Positions 61,223 to 64,000 of a stretch of DNA of 64,000 nucleotides are shown here, piece by piece. Made by a program: the position numbers and the translations under genes. Every line of letters starts with the position of its first letter. Position 1 is the stretch's first letter. A model generated the notes under the pieces. That model saw nothing but the letters and a program-made list of their open reading frames with translations. It searched no databases and had not been told where the DNA came from. Source of the DNA: Mustelus asterias (lineage: Eukaryota); contig NW_027590142.1 in NCBI RefSeq assembly GCF_964213995.1, positions 186,001 through 250,000 of the forward strand. Reading direction: 5' to 3'.

Positions 61223-64000
61223 CATGATCACAAAGCCCCGAATGCCCAGATACTAATTTCATTGGACACATATATAATATATGTAATCTATAACCATTCT
61301 GATTGGATTGTGTCCAGCTGGGATGGGCTGAGTAACTGTAGAAGAATTGATGATTTTCTTTGTTGGGTGGAGTTACACATGGTCAGCCCCTGTGGCTTCT
61401 TCCCCCTGGCGTAACTCAATAAACTGTTTGTTGATTGAATCAGGCTTGAGTATTGAATGATTCTTCTGAGTTCATTTCCCCCAACACACTGGGTACATTA
61501 CCGCTGGAGACCAGGTATTGCCAAAATCTTCAGACAATACAAAGACTCATGAAAGCCGGTGTCCCAGTTTAAAGACTTATCTTTTATTTGATTGAAGGGA
61601 GAAATTATTGGACGGTGTTAATCCCTCTCGAGAAGAGAAGCATCCTGATCTCTCCAATAACAGACATACAATGCTTAGGATGGATCAATAATACATTCTT
61701 CATATCAATTCTCCTGCCTTTCATCAGGTGTAAACCAATCATTTTCAACACGTCATATACTTCAGCCAATTGCATTTTACCCTCTGACTTGGCCCACAAT
61801 TACTTCACTTTACATATGATGAGGGTTTTTCTCAGAGGCGAAGTATTGAGCTGAACTCGGCTAATACAATGATTTGCAAAAGACAGTATACGGGTTAAAG
61901 ACATTATTTATTGACCAACACGCGCTGGGAGAAAGGCAGCTGGGCAGTCCAACTCCTTTCTAAAGCTACAATACATTGGCCGTGTAGTTATACTATTTTG
62001 AAAGTTCGTTTCACCCGCCCACTCTGTCATCCTAACTGGATGCTCCAATCATGTTCGTGCACAATATTTACCTTGGCCAATAACATCCTATCTTCTGGAA
62101 GAATGGGAATTCATTGGTCTGTAGAATCTGAAAGTTCCTGCCCACTGTTACTAGCAAACTTTCACTTAGGTAGGTCCATAGGGTTCAAAGGTTGCTTTCT
62201 AACTGACTCTCAGCAACTTCTATTACATAGCTTAGAGGGTTCAAAAGTTCCTTTCCACTGTCTGCTGAGCCATCCCTTATCAGTAAAAAATGAATAATTC
62301 TATTCATTCTAGTGTCTGGGAAGCGTTTACTTTTATAACTCATGCTGATAAAAACTGTGCTCTGTGGCTTCACTGTTCTGACAGAATGTGGCCTGTCTCA
62401 CTCAGCTTTTATCCCATTATGCTTTCGGGCAGTCTGCAGTTTGGCCAAGGTGTACATTTTAGTCCAAAAAGTACATATTTAAATTCTCTACCAGTGGTTA
62501 TATGTATCTCTATGCAGACAGTACCTTTGTATAATATAAATAAGGCACGTTGTGGTCCTTATTCTATGTTAGTCTAAGTCAGTCCACCCTGTTTCAATAG
62601 CTTTTATTAGTTTTTAATCTCAAGGTATTCTGAACCCCTCTGACAAAATAACTTTAAAAAACTTAAAGTTTATAATTAATCTCAAGTAAGCTTACATTAA
62701 CACTGCAATGAAGTTACTGTAAAAAATCCCCTCTCTAACGACAAAAGAAACTTGATTTTAAACTTCATCTATTAATTTTTTTGTTATATTCCTCAACCTA
62801 TTTTCATTTGATCAGTTTTTGTTAGGGATGGGTAATTTCTGTTCTTTATAAACTGGTTCACTCGTTTTGTTAATTCTACATGGGCTCGGAGAATCAGAAC
62901 CCAGACTCTATCATCCATATCCTTATTCTCCTTTTGTCACCACTTTCTCTCTGTCTTGCAGGAGGATCGTGGGGATTCCAATCAGACCGAATCATTTATT
63001 ATAAAAGTAAAACAAAAACAGAAAATGCTGGAAAATCCCAGCAGATCTGACAGCATCTGTAGGGAGAGAATAGAGCCAAGTTTCAAGTCTGGATGACCCT
63101 TTATCAGAGCTCCTATGAAGTGTCATCTCGACTCAAAATGTTGGCTCTATTCTCAAATCATTTTATCGATAAGTTTCTTGTTCTTAGTTTCCAAAAGACA
63201 GGTAAGAAATCTGTCTGGTGCCCACTCGAGCTCTGAATTTTTCACTGGCCATGCTTGGGTAAGATTATAACCATTAGAATCCACTCTTAGAGATCCACTT
63301 TTCAGTCCAGTGCTACTTGGAGTGTACCGTCACCTCACCGACTACCGGGTCACAAGACCTTCACAGTTCTTATCACAAATTTATGATAAAATAATTTAAT
63401 GCCTGAGAACGCTTCTTAATCTACTACCTATCACCGTTTGTTGATTGGTCAGACCCCCTTTTTACAGATTTGGATATCTCAGTCACTGAATATCAGCTGG
63501 TTATTCATAGATTCATAGAATCCTACAGTGCAGAGGAGGCCATTTGGCCCATCGAGTCTGCACCGATCACAATCACACCCAGACCCTATCCCCCATGCAT
63601 TTACCCTAGCTAGTCCCCCTGACACTAAGGGGCAATTTAGCATGGCCAATCCACCTAACCCACACATCTTTGGACTTTGGGAGGAAACCGGGGCACCCGG
63701 AGGAAACAGGGACACGGGGAGAATGTGCAAACTCCACACAGACAGTGACCCGAGCCAGGAATCGAACCCGGGTCCCTGGCGCTGTGAGGCAGCAGTGCTA
63801 ACCACTGTGCCACCATGCCGCCCAAACCTATGGAATAAGTTTCATTCTAACTCGTTCTGTGTAAATATTCTCACCAGGTCCTCTGTTGGGGCCCTGCTAA
63901 GCAGCTTTAATGGTCCGTGATTGCAGAAACTGAGTAGTCACAGGAATGTGGTCAAGATAGTCCAGTCCCATAATGTCTCACATTCAATCTGCTGTCCTTC
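61223..64000. mobile_element. Rearranged remnant of the second LTR-element family (LTR piece 61270-61486 plus degraded internal sequence)
   Basis: Matches 29675-29890 (inverted) and 31017-31072 (direct); no intact ORFs. Confidence 0.5.

Overview
Eukaryotic, repeat-rich DNA, most likely from a shark or other cartilaginous fish (inferred from HE1-type SINEs, CR1 LINEs and shark IgM-type VH sequences). Bases 1-8738 are the 3' part of a young gamma/epsilon-like endogenous retrovirus: broken gag, in-frame TAG readthrough, an intact 1450-aa pol with an extra two-HxT (2H phosphodiesterase-like) module between protease and RT, a 1-nt-frameshifted env, PPT and 3' LTR. The provirus is integrated inside the leader exon of an immunoglobulin VH gene on the minus strand. 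The window also holds a second decayed Ig VH (22.6-23.6 kb, minus) and a TCR V-alpha/delta pseudogene with an intact 23-RSS (54.8-58.6 kb, plus), so Ig and TCR V segments occur together with no D-J-C found. Other host sequences are two C2H2 zinc-finger (pseudo)genes, the first three coding exons of an apparently truncated EMC4 copy with its CpG island, and a tRNA-Val(AAC) with a decayed duplicate. The rest is CR1, Rex1/Babar, RTE, L2, Tx1, Penelope and Gypsy fragments, a second LTR family, SINEs and satellites. All calls come from manual reading and translation; repeat boundaries are approximate and no database search was run.
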